Shown here: piece by piece, positions 1 to 16,870 of the stretch
How positions within the stretch are numbered: the stretch's first letter is position 1
Layout: every line of letters starts with the position of its first letter
Source: the human T2T-CHM13v2.0 reference genome, Homo sapiens
Reading direction: 5' to 3' (one strand)
DNA: 64,000 nt
Assembly: GCF_009914755.1 (NCBI RefSeq)
Contig: NC_060936.1
The notes under the pieces: model-generated
The model's database searches: none
What the model was told of the DNA's origin: nothing
The model's input: the letters and a program-made list of their open reading frames with translations, nothing else
Translations under genes and position numbers: made by a program

Positions 1-614
1 TCAACAAAAGGGGAACAATGTAAATCAGTGTACGTTGAAATGTTAAATTTCACAATACCAAAGGTGATTGACATAAAGGGAATTCTTCATGGGAGCAGTC
101 AAATTTAAGCTAGAATGCGAAGACAGAAATGATAGGATGATAGAAATCACAGATGTATATGCAAAGACAGGGGGAAAAAGAAAGAATTGTTTGACTAGAG
201 TAAAATATTTGGGAGTGGTGAGTACTAGGAAACAAGGGTAACCAAAGGGGCCCTTGAACACCAGGCAGTGGCATGTATGTTAACAGCAGGGGGCTACTAT
301 GGATCTTGTGGTTCCTTAAGAGGCACAGTTTTCTCATAATGAATCCCCAGTTCATTGGGTGCTGCTGAATGGAGCATCATAAGTCACAGTAGGGATTGGG
401 GGTGACACAGCCCAACTGGGAGAGAGTTAGTGATGGGGACAAGTGAGATCAACAAACTCACTGCTGACATTCAGGGATTGTGGAAAACAAAAGAGAGGTC
501 AGAAAGCTCCAATTCTGATCTTCAAGATAAACAAAGAAGGCAGGTTCTCCAAATTATAGCCTGATGAGATGAGATGTCAATCCTGGGCATGAGTCTCAAG
601 TGTACTATAGTTAC

Positions 615-925
615 AGGGCACAGTAGCTCATGCCTGTAATCCCAGCACTTTGGGAGGCTGAGGCAGGAGTATCACTTGAGCCCAGAAGTTCTATATCAGC
701 CTGGGCAACATGGCAAAACCCTGTCTCTACAAAAAACAAACAAACAAACAAAAAACACAAAAACTAGCCGAGTGTGGTGGTGTGCACCTATAGTCCCAGC
801 TACTCAGGAGGCTGAGATGGGAGGATCATCTGAGCCCCGGAGTTGGGGCTGTGGTGAGCCATGATCATGCCACTGCACTCTAGCCTGGGTGACAGAGTGA
901 GGCCTGGTCTCAAAAACTGAAAAAA
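615..925 (+). mobile_element. Alu (AluJ-like)
   Basis: Dimeric Alu with A-rich linker and tail. Confidence 0.9.
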
Positions 926-999
926 AACAATATAGTTGGTGAGCACTGAGAAAAGAAAGCCTTCATAATACACTGTTTATCTTTAAAGGAAGCACTGGC

Positions 1000-1680
1000 T
1001 GTTAAGAGTATGAATTCATTACAACTTTATCAGATAAACTTTTCTCTCTCTCTTTCCATTGATATGATGAATTCTACCTAACAGACCTGGTATATGTATT
1101 TGTAATCTCAGCAAAGTAGCTAAGGGCATCTCATGTCATCTTCATGGATATAACAAAGACATACAGGCTCGATGCTCAGGTGGGCTAGAACTTAACCAAT
1201 TCTACCAAAGAGGTGTAGGTAACAAAGCCGCAATCAACCTAGAGGGAGGTTTAGGAGATTAGTCATAGGTCCGGTCTTGCTGAACCCTCTATCAATGTTT
1301 TGGAAGTTACAGAAGGCATGCTTGTGAAATGTGTAGATTCATAGGAAGATGGCAGAGAAGCTATTGTCCTGGATAAGAGACTATGGATTTCCCAAATTTG
1401 TGACTATTTGGAGCAATGAGTCAAATCTGGCAAAATAAAATCTCCTATGAAGTAAAACCTTTATAACTTGGTACCAAAACCAACTACACAAGCATACACT
1501 AAAATAGGTATTTGAGCATTAGAATATATAAGTTTTTTTTTTAAAAAGATAAGTTTTACTCAACAGTGAGTTCAGTATGAGTCAACAATGTGCTGTGGCC
1601 ACACTGAATTTCCATCACATTTTTGTGCTTTTAAACAGAAGTAAAGTACGTCGAATAAAAAAGGTGATGATGTTCTCTAA
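1000..1680 (+). mobile_element. Highly decayed CR1/L3-like LINE remnant
   Basis: Weak similarity to L3 RT 3' region, e.g. ATGAGTCAACAATGTGCTGTGGC and CTCAGCAAAG. Confidence 0.4.
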
Positions 1681-1684
1681 CACC

Positions 1685-2470
1685 GAGTCATTAGGAAACC
1701 CTGTTGGGTTGACCTTCAAAATGTCCAGAATCCAACCACTTCTTATCTTCACTGCACCTCCCTGGTCTAAGCAACCTTCCCTCTTGTCTGAATTATCACA
1801 ACTTTTGCCCCTCCTCAGTCTATTTCCACCAAAGAAGCCAGATTGACTGCCTGGAATGTAAGTCAGATCACATTACATTTCTACTCAAAACCCTCTGGTG
1901 ATTCCTCATCCTACTCCAAGTTAAAGCCAGGTCCTTGTTATGGTTACTAGGGCCTACACTATTTGGTCCCCTGCTTACTTCTTCAGGTTCATCTACTGCC
2001 TGCCTCTGTCTTGTTCACTCCATTCCAGCCACACTAGCCTCCTGGCTTTTCTTCAAACATGCCAGATACACTCCTGCCTCAGGGCCTTTGCAATGGCTAT
2101 TCTACTTACCCAGATCAGTCTTTCCCCAGATATTCGCATTGCTGGCTACCTCACCTTCTTCACATTTCCACTCAAAAGTCACCTTCTGAGTGAGCAATGT
2201 CCCTACCATCCAAATTAGAATTGCAACCCCCTGCCCTGGCCGACACTTCCTCTGCTGCTGCCCCTGCTTGGTTTTTTTCTAAAGCATTATCTTCTATAAA
2301 CTATGTAATCTACTTATTTATCGTGTTTACCGTCTGACTCTCTGACTCCCTCCACCAAGATGTAAACACAAGGTAAGGGTAGAGATTTTTGCCCATCTGT
2401 TCCCTGCTGTATCTTCAGTACAGGGAACAGTACCTGGCACACAGCAGGCACTTAATAAGCACTCATTAAA
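1685..2470 (+). mobile_element. L2a 3' fragment
   Basis: AAGTCAGATCAC..CTCAAAACCCTC..CAGGGCCTTTGCA..CCTGGCACACAGCAGGCACTTAATAA. Confidence 0.8.
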
Positions 2471-2862
2471 CAGACAGTCCTGCTCTCCCTGCCAAGACAG
2501 AACCACACTAAAATAGAATGTTCACTTCCCATTGACACATTTTAAAAGTAATCTGAGAAGAGCAAACTGGGACACTGACAAGTCCCTGAGAGACAGCCAA
2601 AGAAAGGAAAATAAAATGTCCCAAGGGAGAGGGATTACGTGAGTTCTGTGTGACCATAGGAGGCACAGCTTTAACCTACGTGAGAAAGTTATAAGGAAGC
2701 AGTTTGTGGTTCCTTTTAAAAGTCAGTTTAGTCTAGAGGTAAAATGAATTGCCACTGGAGGAAATTTGTTTGCTATAAATCAAAAAGTATAAGCTTGACT
2801 GGAAAAACTACTTTGCTGAGTAGACCCAGCTCCAGGCTGCAGTTCGAATATGTGAGTGCTGA

Positions 2863-3315
<453 letters not shown>

Positions 3316-4279
3316 TGAGTGGTAAGTTTTCTGTTCAATAAAAAAATTCCATGAGAAAAACCATAAACTCCTGTGCAATCAAAACCTAAAGTCATGAGTT
3401 AGATTATAAGTATTACAGAAATACAGAAAAGTAAAAATAAAATCATTGTGAATATATTAGTCCAGGAGCTTCATGAAGGAGAGAGGACTTGAAGTGGGGC
3501 TGGACGAAGCAGGGGATGTACTGAGAGGGAAGGGGAAGGGGACAGGCAGTGGGACACAAGGCCTAGCACCACATGTGTGAAGACACTGACAGCTGCAATG
3601 TGATGCAGGGAGGGCAGGGATGTGGGGATCAACTGACAAAATCAAGGCAATTAGAGCTGAATCCCAAACACCAGGAAGAGAAGTTTGTATCCATGTGAAA
3701 AGCAAACATGAACTGCTATATTATTCTTTTCATAAAGGCAGTGAACCCATAAAATCAGGGTTTTCAGATTTATGTGAGACCTGTGTGCCAGACAGACTGA
3801 GATGGACTTTACATAGACAGAGCAGGAGTCCGATTATTGGAGTCTGTGTGAGGGAATTCAGTCTGGTGTGGAGGAAATAAGTAAGGTAAGAACCTAAGAA
3901 TCATGTGGAAAAAAAAAAAAAAGCAAGTCATAGGATGAAGTTAATTATTAGTTATAGATGTAAAAAGTAAGGAGTCAAAGATGGTTCCAAAGATTTAAGC
4001 TGGGAGGTATGACACTGATAGAATGGGAGCTAGAGAACTAGACTTGGTGTTGGAAAGGGAACACGGCAGCTTTCATTTTACACATAAAAACCACGGACCT
4101 TCCAAATAGAGACAATCCATGCAGAGGAGGAATGAGACAGACAAGAGGCTAGAGCAGAAGACGCAGGTTATGGGCTCAGCAGTACACTGGTCAAGTGGGA
4201 GAATGGGATCTCTAAGGATGTGGGTGCAGTTTTATGCCAGGAATTACCATTTTAATTCCATTATCTGCCCAAATCATCT

Positions 4280-4862
4280 GTTGTCTTATAAATAACAGAA
4301 ATCTGTTTTTCACAGTTCTGGTGGCCAAAGTCTGAGATCAGAGTGCCAGCACGCTTGGGTTTTGGTGAGGGTACTCTTCTAGGTTGCAGATGGCATCTTC
4401 TCATAACGTCACATGGTGGAGAGCAGAGGGAGCTCTCTGGAGTCTCTTTTGCTATTATTTATTATTTTGAGGCAAGGCCTCGTTCTACTGTCCAGGCTGG
4501 AGTACTGCTCAGCCTTGAATTCCTGGGCTCAAGTGATCCTCCTGCCTTAGCCTCCCAAGTAGCTAGGACTACAGGCACATACCACCATGTCCAGCTGTGT
4601 GTTTTTTTGGTTGCTGTTGTTGTTTTTTGGTAGAGACAGGTTCCCACTATGTTGCCCAGGCTGGTCTTGAACTCCTTAGGCTCAAGCAATCCTTCTTAGT
4701 CTCCCAAAATTGCTAGGATTACAGGCATGAGCCACTATGCCCAGCCTGGGATCTCTTTTATAAGGGTACTAATCCCATCAAAGGCTCCACCTCCCAATAC
4801 CATCATGCTGGGTGTTATGATTTCAACATACAAATTTTGGAGGAAACACATTCAGTTCATAT
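4280..4862 (-). mobile_element. MLT1A/MST-type MaLR LTR with inserted Alu (4455-4746, minus)
   Basis: CACAGTTCTGG..AAGTCTGAGATCAG..TCTCTTTTATAAGGGTACTAATCCCAT..ACATTCAGTTCAT. Confidence 0.7.
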
Positions 4863-5217
4863 ATTTCAGAATGTAAAGAATCAATACTCCAGGTATGTTC
4901 TGCCCAAACTGCAGAACGCTACCTAGTAGAGGAGTTATATAGTAGAAAAATTGCCTCTAGAATAATTCAGAGCCAAGAGAACAAGGTAATTGTGATATCA
5001 GATTGAAAGTCCTCATCACAGCACAGAAAGGTATGTGTATTACACAGAGTAAAATATATGCAGCAATCCCTTTTTGAGGTTAAGGCCAAAATACAATAGC
5101 AGCTGTTTTGCTTCTCTTTGTGCATTTTTAGAAAAGTTTATCAGACATTTAAGAATGAATCATTTCTATTCCACTCAGAATTTTGTTATTCAAACATCCA
5201 ATGATAACATGATTTTA

Positions 5218-5493
<276 letters not shown>

Positions 5494-5984
5494 TCAGCAA
5501 TGAGAAGCTTGTCATACTACTAAATTTTTCAGATTTTTTTATAGCCCATAAAAAATGATAATATTTTAACAAATGAAGACTTTTATCTCATGGATACAAA
5601 AATTAAGTTAGCAAGTATGATATAAAATTGTTAAACCCAACTCCAAAGATAGAGCTTTCAAACTCCCATTAATAAGATTCCCACCAATATTTACTAATTC
5701 CAAAATGCACATGAAATTAAGCACTTCATTACTATCATTTTTTAAAGATTATTCATAATTCCAATAAAGCCCATTATTGGACAGATTAGGAAGGAGGCAG
5801 ATTCTGGTTAATAGAGTGTCATGTTACCAGATACAAGTTACCAATTCCAGTTAGAAAACAACTAAATACATTGGATGTGACACTACACTGATGTAAACAA
5901 AAGCAACTGTGACATGGTTCTAAAATAAATTTATATGAGATATTTCTATCTGATTATAAGAAATATCTACAATAAACATATTAC

Positions 5985-6560
5985 CTGAATAAACAAATGG
6001 ATGGGCAAAGGACACGGCTAGAAAATTCACAAAGTAGGACCTATAACCAGTTAAACAGTATAAAAAATTGTTCAACTTCCTTAATAAAGACATGTAAAAG
6101 AAAACAATGAGCTATCACCTTTACTAAATTAGCACCCCTCAAAAAATGATGACTCAATATTAGCACAAGTGCAGTAAATCTCCTTCTCTTAAATACTGCT
6201 GGTGTCACTCCAAACGACACCAAATCTTTTGGGAAAGCAAGTTGGTAATATATACATGTATGCTTGTCTAATACACATATGTATACATATATACTTATTC
6301 AGAACCATAAAAACATACATAAGCTTCGTCCTCAGTAATCTTACTTTTAGGAATCTAGTCCAGTCCAAGTAGGGAAGAGAAACAAAACAGGAAAAACAAA
6401 CCCACACACAGAAAATGCCACAGACCTAAATATAAGTATCATGAAATATTGACAATAGTGAAATACAGAAATGCCCAACATTTAGTAAATTACAGTAGTC
6501 ACTTTATGGAATATTATACAACTATTAAAACTGAAAGATATGAAGCATGAAGATAATGCA
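5985..6560 (+). mobile_element. Old L1ME-like fragment
   Basis: ATGGGCAAAGGACAC..AATTCACAAAG and decayed ORF2 3' homology. Confidence 0.55.
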
Positions 6561-6861
6561 TCAACATGATACATACATATAATTACATAAAGTTTAAAAA
6601 GGATACAAAACTGCCCACAGATTATAAACTACAACTATTCAAATATGCATGAAAAGGGAATAAAAATAACAGTTGTTAAATAAGATTTATAAAATTTTGT
6701 GAGTTTTTGCTTTTCACTTTCCTCTCAATCTTTCTTCATGTTGCACCATTGCTTTTATTTAAATAATTTAAAAACCATTTAAAAAACAGTATTAATGTTA
6801 ATATAATTTATAAATAAAGCTATATAATTAACATAAAAGATAGCTTAGAAGGCACTTCTGA

Positions 6862-7184
<323 letters not shown>

Positions 7185-7778
7185 TCAGGATCTTCTCTAT
7201 CAATAAGTGTTTTTAAAAGTCTGATGGTTAAGTGGGGAGGTGACAATTAACAGAGATTGCTTGTCAGTGAGACAGTCTTGTTTTAAGGACCTATCAGAGT
7301 CAGGAATGACTCAAGTCGAGATAGGTGTATTTGGTTCTTGTTGTTGGGCTAAATCTCCTTCCCAGGTTCTTAAACATAAAATATACAGCTTCACAGCTTT
7401 TAAAGATAAGGATGTATATATTGAACCTATAAGTAAATGATGGACATAAATTTTATAAATGAAAATACTGGGTAGAAGATACAGTGTAAGTGGACCAAGA
7501 TAACAATGCACCAAGAGGGAACTAAAGAGAAGGAAATCTTGGGACTCTAACCCTCCCCAGTGCAGTGAAGCTTTGGTTAGCAAAATAACCAGAATTCTCA
7601 GTCAACTATGCACTCAGCACTGCAAAATTTCCTATCTAATAGATGTACCTAATTTGGGGTCAAAAACTATATGGATAATAAACACAAAATCCTGTGTACC
7701 CAATAAAAACAAATGATAATCTGAAATTTCACTTCAATCCTTCACTTTTTACTCTTGAGAGGAAATCAAAATGCTTAC

Positions 7779-7820
7779 CTCTTCTTAGTAGGTTCCGTTG
7801 TGTTTTTCCCAAGGATTTCT
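7779..7820 (-). CDS. GNPTAB: GNPTAB coding exon 4 (42 nt)
   Basis: Acceptor TTTTTATTAG|A; encodes EILGKNTTEPTKK(S); donor AG|GTAAGC. Confidence 0.96.
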
Positions 7821-8699
7821 CTAATAAAAAGCAAATACAGTTTATTACATACATATGGGCTACTATACCTCCCACTGTAACCAAGACGGTTTGCTTAGAG
7901 CATAAACTTTCATATTTTATTAGTAAAACATGGTACCAGGCTGTCAGCCATTTTCATGCACTGGGAAAGTCATATAACCTCTAACAAAGAGAAAATGAAT
8001 TTGCTCCAATATAAGGTGGCCAAAGACCTGCACTGGGGTGCACTCTTGACATTCACAAAGAAGTCAACAAGTAGGTACTAAGAAATACTCCTAACGAATC
8101 AAAGGGGAATTACATCAGCCAGGTTCCTACCTCTTATGGCTATCCAGAAGTCCGCTGTATCTTTCCCAGATAAAGTAAATAAAATGACCAATCTCATATA
8201 TTAAATAAAAAGTACCAAAGTTTCTAATTCCATAGTCTGTAATTTATTCCTAAAAGGCATAAAGGGAGTATACTTTTTACTGCCGTTTTCAAATGGAAAC
8301 AAGTCTGTGGGCCTATTATATTTTTCAAGGGAAGAATCTGTCTTACTGTGGAGATATTTTTCATAATAAACACTTATTTCAAGAAGATACCACACCTGGG
8401 GCTCAAAATGAGTGAGTAGGCAGCCAGCGGGTTGGGGGAGGGGGTCCTCTGTCTTTAGGTCCCTTGAAGAGCAAGCCGTTACTAGAGCACCATATTCATA
8501 AAATCATCATCTAACAAAGTGAGGCCAGTATCTGGCAAAAGTGGCTGAGTTCTCCTTGGGCACCAAGAAACACAGGCCAGATGGATGACTGCCAAGATCT
8601 CGTAATGGCATGAACTGAGGGGCAAGTTTGTTTGGATGGCACTGTGAAAATCAACTTACCCTTCTCTAATGCATGCTTACTTGTACCCACAGGACTATG

Positions 8700-9158
<459 letters not shown>

Positions 9159-9167
9159 TCAGTTTTA

Positions 9168-9353
<186 letters not shown>

Positions 9354-9608
9354 TCACAGGGTTTAAACCCAGAGATTATGAAAAAAATCTCTGAAGAAGT
9401 AATCCAACCATGACATATTATCACAGAACTGCATGTTTTCAAACTGTAGCTGGGGGGCTAATATTTGTCAAGTACCTCCTCTGTGAGTTGTATTATGCTA
9501 GACACTTAGGTAATTTGCATCACTTGATGCACACAGCCACTCTGTAAGAAGGCTAATATTAGATTTAAAGATTGTTCGTGGGTGAAGTAGAGTAGTCTTG
9601 GAAGTTCA

Positions 9609-9986
<378 letters not shown>

Positions 9987-10590
9987 GAACAAATTACAAA
10001 AAAAGTTATCAAAACCCACAATGAAGACCTAACCCTACTTAATGCTGTAGCCTTCTTGTGCCTTGCTCCCCCGCAAGCCTGCACCCTCCCCAGCCTCACC
10101 TCTGCTTTTCCTTTTTTTTTTCACAGCACTTACTACTTTTGTAACATATTAAATAATTAACTTGTAACCTATTCCGTTAATTATGTGTGGCCCTCTCCTA
10201 GAATGTAAGCTCCAAGAAAGCAGAAAACTTTCATGCTTTGTTCTCTAAAGTATCTGTGCAATGAGAAGAGTGCCTGGCACACAGGTGACCAATAAGTATA
10301 TGCTGACATATGAGACACTAGTACAGAAGACCTTCCTGAACTTGCACCATTTCTTCCTGATCATCTTGTCCTCATAATAAAGAGTCAGGCAGGCTTTTAA
10401 TTCTTGAGTATGTTGTTTAAGCCTCACCTTAGTGATTTTACCCAGATTTTATCCCTGCCAAAAGCACTCTTCCCTTTTCTCTCACTACCAAAAACCTACC
10501 CATCTTTCAGGGGCCTGCCCAGATGCATGCCACTCTGACTTATGACACAGGAGTTCATGTGTACATCTGGGTACTGATACTACTTTAGAT

Positions 10591-10823
10591 CAGCAGCGTC
10601 CAATCTTTTGGCTTCCCTGGGCCACAGTGGGAGAAGAATTGTCTTGGGCCACACATAAAATACACTAACACTAAAGATAGTTGATGAGCCAAAAAAAAAA
10701 AAATAATAAACCACGCAAAAAAAAAAAAAATCTCATCATGTTTTAAGGAAGTTTACAAATTTGTGTTGGGCCGCATTCAAAGCCGTCCTTGGCCACATAC
10801 GGCCCACAGGTTGGGCAAATTTT
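10591..10823 (+). mobile_element. MER30 (hAT-Charlie MITE)
   Basis: GTCCAATCTTTTGGCTTCCCTGGGCCAC..GGCCGCATTCAAAGCCGTCC; 8-bp TSD CTTTAGAT (10583-10590 and 10824-10831). Confidence 0.88.
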
Positions 10824-11091
10824 CTTTAGATAGTGCTATTTCAAGTTTAGTACTTTCCAAGAAACTGTATGGGTTTTGCAGTTTTATTTTTAGGCCAAGG
10901 ACCAAAGCATACCCTCCTTTTGTCCTCCTCACAGCCCAGGCACAGCCTAGACTTTCAGTTGCTACCATATTATCTCGTGGGAAAATAAATGCTATTTGGT
11001 AGCTAAATCTTTTGAATTATGGAAAGAAAAAAATTAACAGAAATGAAACAACCTTTAGCTTACAAGAAGTAGGGGAGATAACTGGATGAGT

Positions 11092-11630
11092 TTATCCATT
11101 CACTGAATAATTCTTATTGAGCGCTTAATATGTGCTAGGTACTGTTCTAGGTGCTAGGGTTTCAGCAGTAAATAAAACAAAGCCCAAATCTGTGCCTTCA
11201 TGGAGCTTACATTCCAGAAGGGAGAAGACAGGAAGTAAATCAAATAAATAAAGTCAGATGATGTTAAATGTTGTGGAGAAAGTAAAGCAGCAAATGGGGA
11301 TAGAAAGAGTGTCTATGGGGAGGCGGGGCGGTCAGTTTTAAATAGGGAGATCAGAGATGGCCTCAGTAAGAAGGTGACATTTCAGCAAAGATATGAAGGA
11401 AGTGAGGAAGCCAGCCAGGTGGGTAACTGAGAGAAGAATGTGCCAGAGAAAGGGAACACCAAAGGCAAATGCCCTGAGGCAGGCGCCTATCTTGCTTGTT
11501 CAAGGACCCAGAGGCGAGTTCCCTGAGCAGAGGGGAGAGAGGAAATGGAAGAGAATAGTTGAGATGAAGGTCAAAGAGATAACAGAGTTCCAGAGCTTCA
11601 TCTGGAAAATAAGGAATCACCTTATTCTCT
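11092..11630 (-). mobile_element. L2 3' fragment
   Basis: CATTCACTGAATAATTCTTATTGAGCGCTTAATATGTGCTAGGTACTG is the reverse L2 3' end. Confidence 0.75.
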
Positions 11631-13057
11631 GGCATATGTGATAGCTGAGTACTTACCAAATGTCTTGTCAAGTTTCACCACTGCCTGCAGAATAAGGTCT
11701 AAAGTCTTTCATAATCTGCACCTTATGTTCTGGATGATCCAATTGTATACCCTTGTCCAAAGATGAAACGAACTTGCAGGACTTTGTACCTTTGAATATG
11801 CTTTTCCTTCTGCCTAGAACATTCTTTCTTTCATGCTTCCTTTAACCACCTCCTCCTTCCTCAATTCCCTCCCTTCCCTCACCTCTCACAAAGAGAATCT
11901 ATAGCTTCATATGCAGCTTCCACACTACTTTGAACTGTAAGGAATCCTGATTGTACTGTGCTGTGCTATTTTCCATGCAGCCCTATCTTCCACTAGATGG
12001 AGTATCTCTAGGGCAGAAATGTTATCATGCATTCTGTGCCCTGCTTCATTAATTATTTCCTCTCTTTCCTACACCTTCGGGCTCTCTCTCCCTACTGTAA
12101 TGATTTGCAAAGGTTTCCCTATCTAGGGTTTTTCTGAATTTATCAATAAATAAATTCTAATGTTTGTAGAATTTCCTTTTCTCACAAGCTCTCAGGTAAT
12201 GCTGATGTTGCTGGTCCAGAAATTGCACTTTGGGAACCACTGATTTATATGTAGGTTACACACTTCGCTTTTTTTCCCCACTAAAATGCCAATTCTATAT
12301 AAGGCCAATGAGTTCATTTTGTTCACCACTATATACCTAGGGCCTAGAATAGTTCCTCCTACATGGGTGGGGTTTAATACATATTTATTGCCTAACTATT
12401 AGTTCATTCCTTTATCATATATATCAGTCTTTCTCATTTAAAAAAAAATCCATCTGCCTCACACTGCCCACATGTAAATTATCCAAGGTCATCTCATTCC
12501 CAACCTCCCAGGTGATTTATGCTCAGTCTAAAAATAAATTTTAAAAAACTGCTTCAGTGATGTGTTTTTAAAAGAAAAGGTTAAAGGAGAGGAGAATTAC
12601 ATCTTAAGCTTTCCTGTAACTAAATATTTCCTGCTACTAAATATTTTTAATATATCATTTATATTATATTATTTAGCTGATTAAAACATAATATACTGCA
12701 TGTATTACATGATCAATTTAACTTTGGCAAAACTGACAAATGGAAGGAGACTGTGTGATCTGCACGAGGTCAATGAGTCAGTTGTTTTCCTATTAGACAT
12801 GGTCACACTCTGAATCTTTCATTCTAACCACTAGACCACTATCTTGGTTCACAGATGAGAAGGAATGCATTATCTTGGAGCTGAAAACTAAGACTAAGTC
12901 ACTCATAACTCAGAACCAAAGCAGCAATGACACTGACATAACTTTCATTTTAATCACTGTTTAGTTTAAGTGAATATTAAAGCCACTTAACAGTCCCTTG
13001 GTTCTACATTCTATAAAGTAGGTGAGAAAACAGAGAACTTAAATAGTATTTTGTCTT

Positions 13058-13385
<328 letters not shown>

Positions 13386-14358
13386 TAGAACCGAAGAGTT
13401 GGAAGAGATTGTAGTCTTAATCTAATACAATAGCTCTTAATCTAATATCCACATTTTACAGATGACAAAATTGAGCCTCGGATTGACTTAATGCCTCACA
13501 ATTAGTAGCAGTGAATAGTTTATATATTCACTTTTACTGACATATGGAATGGGATTTTTTTCATTCAGAGCAAACAACCTTAAAAAGATTTATACTGGCC
13601 AGGTATGGTGGCTCACACCTGTAATCTTAACACTTTGGGAGGCTGAGGTAAGAGGATCGCTTGAAGTCAGGAGTTCGAGACCAGCCTGGGCAATACAGCA
13701 AGACCCCATCTCTATTAAAATAAATAAATTTTAAAAATAAAAAATCTGTACAGAAACTAGCAAAATAATGAAAATATATCAATGTTATGGTATCTTAAAA
13801 TATATTAGACCATGTGAAATGTTATATATGATCCATTTATTTGTCATCATCAAAATGAGGAAATTTTGAATATATGCCTACATAAAAATCAAACTATATT
13901 TTAATGCAACCTTCTAAACTTCTTTAGAAAGAGAACAAGAGTGTTTGATTAAAACTGCTGACCTCAAAATCTGCATTTTCTAATAAGCTAGTTTTCTTTC
14001 TAAAAGTTTAAAGCAGCTGGGCATGGTGACTCATCCCTTTAATCTCAGCACTTTGGGAGGTCAAGATGGGAGGATTGCTTGAGTCCAGGAGTTTGAGACC
14101 AGCCTGGGCAACACAGTAAGACCTCATCTCTAAAAATAAATAATTAATTAATTTTTAAAATCAATTTAAAAATTTTTAAAAACGTTTGAAGCTTCTTCGG
14201 GGCAGGGATCTATGCATCTGTGCACCATCTGCACGTGGCACAGCATAAGGCACAAATCAATAAATATCTGATTTTAAAATGTTAATCAATTTAGAACTTT
14301 CCTTAGGGAAATTAACTTGTTAAAGTGAAAATTATATTTCATTAAAAATCCTTTAATG

Positions 14359-14530
14359 CAGTAGTTTTCACAGTGGGGGCACCAGACCAGCAACTTTGGT
14401 ATTACCAGGAAGTTTGGTAGAAGTGCAAATTCTCAGAACCCCTCTGAAACCTATACGCAGAAACTCTGGGCTGGGAAGTAACTGTTATTTTCTTAAGCCC
14501 TCCACTGCAAGCTAAAGTTTCAGAACTGCT
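14359..14530. mobile_element. MER5A
   Basis: CAGTAGTTTTCACAGTG..AGAAGTGCAAATTCTCAG..AAAGTTTCAGAACTGCT; a second partial copy at about 12160-12242. Confidence 0.65.
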
Positions 14531-14684
14531 ATATTAAGGAATGGTCCTCAAACTTTTACTGTTTGGTCCCTTAAAATTAAAAAATTAGTATGGACCCCAA
14601 AGTGCTTTAGTTTATAAGGTTATAATTATCCACATTTGCCATATTTGAAAATAAAACTGAAACATTTTAAAAATACTTAATTCA

Positions 14685-15038
<354 letters not shown>

Positions 15039-15620
15039 TTACTACATTTTCTAAAATAAACCAAAAAAATAGTGAGAAGACAGAAACAAAAACCAGAAAG
15101 GACTTGTGTGATTCATTTTATCTGCAAAAAGGGAAGGAGGGTGTTGAAAAAAATTGTTTCCATTCTGAGGTCTGTCTTGTGAAGAGGAAAAAAAAAATCC
15201 CCAAAGACAAGAAATGGTGAAGACTGCGTTCCAGAATGGCGGCACTAAGAAGCTTGGCCTTCCAAGGGAAAGACCCACACTAATGAGGTATGAGGCTGTT
15301 TGCTCCTCCCTCATAGGTAAGCAGCAAGAGTGACCAATGGAGTGGGGTTCAGCCCCAGTGGTTTACTGGGGAGTGGTCCCATTTCACAGGACGCTGTCAA
15401 CAGAATTCCGGCCAGGGCTCAGAAACCGCTGTGTAGTAGCCACCTGGTTTCCTCATCCTACAGGGGGATGAAATTCCCTTTACCTCACAGACCTGGGGAG
15501 ACAGAAAATGCAATCATGCAATTTAAGGTACCCAATAAACTACAAGGTGGGATTACTCTCTGTGAATCAGATTTTTCACCCACAAAATGTGGTGAACACA
15601 CTTTTCTTCAGATGGACATA

Positions 15621-15766
15621 TTTTCTTTCCTTATTTTAAAAAAATATCTTACGGAATACTTCATGAATTGGTGTGTCACCCTTGCACAGGGGCCACACTA
15701 ATCTTCTCTGTATCGTTCCAGTTTTTTTTTCCTTTTTTTTAGTATATGTGCTGCTAAAGTGAACAC
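15621..15766 (-). pseudogene. U6 snRNA retropseudogene (full length, diverged)
   Basis: Minus strand reads GTGTTCACTTTAGCAGCACATATACT..TGGAACGATACAGAGAAGATTAGTGTGGCCCCTGTGCAAGG..; oligo-T then A-rich tail; TSD TCAGATGGRCATA (15608-15620 and 15768-15780). Confidence 0.93.
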
Positions 15767-15906
15767 ATCAGATGGGCATACTCCTGAGTAAATTAAACCA
15801 TATCTATAACTCAGAAAGACCCCTTAAACTGTCATATTTACAGGATGGCTATTTCATGACTTACGATTTAGGTCCAAATAATAGATTTCTCCAAAATAGA
15901 TCTTAC

Positions 15907-15992
15907 CGATTCTGAAAGGACTTTCCAGCAATATTGTCTCTATAGGAATCAAACAAAACATGGTATTGATCTCGGCTCCATTCCAGAACCAC
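15907..15992 (-). CDS. GNPTAB: GNPTAB coding exon 2 (86 nt)
   Basis: Acceptor TTTGTTCTAG|GTG; encodes VVLEWSRDQYHVLFDSYRDNIAGKSFQN(R); donor CG|GTAAGA; phase continuous with exons 1 and 3. Confidence 0.97.
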
Positions 15993-16572
15993 CTAGAACA
16001 AAGAAAAAGAAACGTTTTCTTCGCATCAAAGACTAAGAGTATATAACTTTCATTTCATTTTAATTTCATTAGAATTGCTAGAGAAATGGGTAAAGAAATC
16101 AAAATTCATGTATTCACTTACTGCCTACCACATACATCGTGTTAGATCCAGGTGAATAAGCTACAGTTCCTGAAAAGGACAAACTAAAAGACTTAGTGTC
16201 TCACCATGCTTGGAATGGGGTAGCGGAATCAAAGAGGTTTAAAAGGATGTGGTATTTGAAATGGGTCTTGAAGAATGAGTTCACCAGGTAGGGAAAAAAG
16301 GACAGGGCCAGCCAGTTGGAAGAGCATGCTTGTAGGCTGAGAAGCAGCAAGGGCAAATTGTTTCAGGGCAACTGTGTGGCTGGCTTTGTCCAGAAGACAG
16401 GTAGATAACTGTTGAGAAATGGGTCTAGGAAAGAAAGCTGGGCCCTAAGCGTGACGTGCCTTCTGTGCCTTGGAAGCACTGAAGGATTTTAAGGCAGTTA
16501 CAGAATCCGTCTAAAGTTTAGGAAAGACTCTTCTCAGAGCATTTACAGACACAAGCAGAAACAGAAGGGACA

Positions 16573-16870
<298 letters not shown>

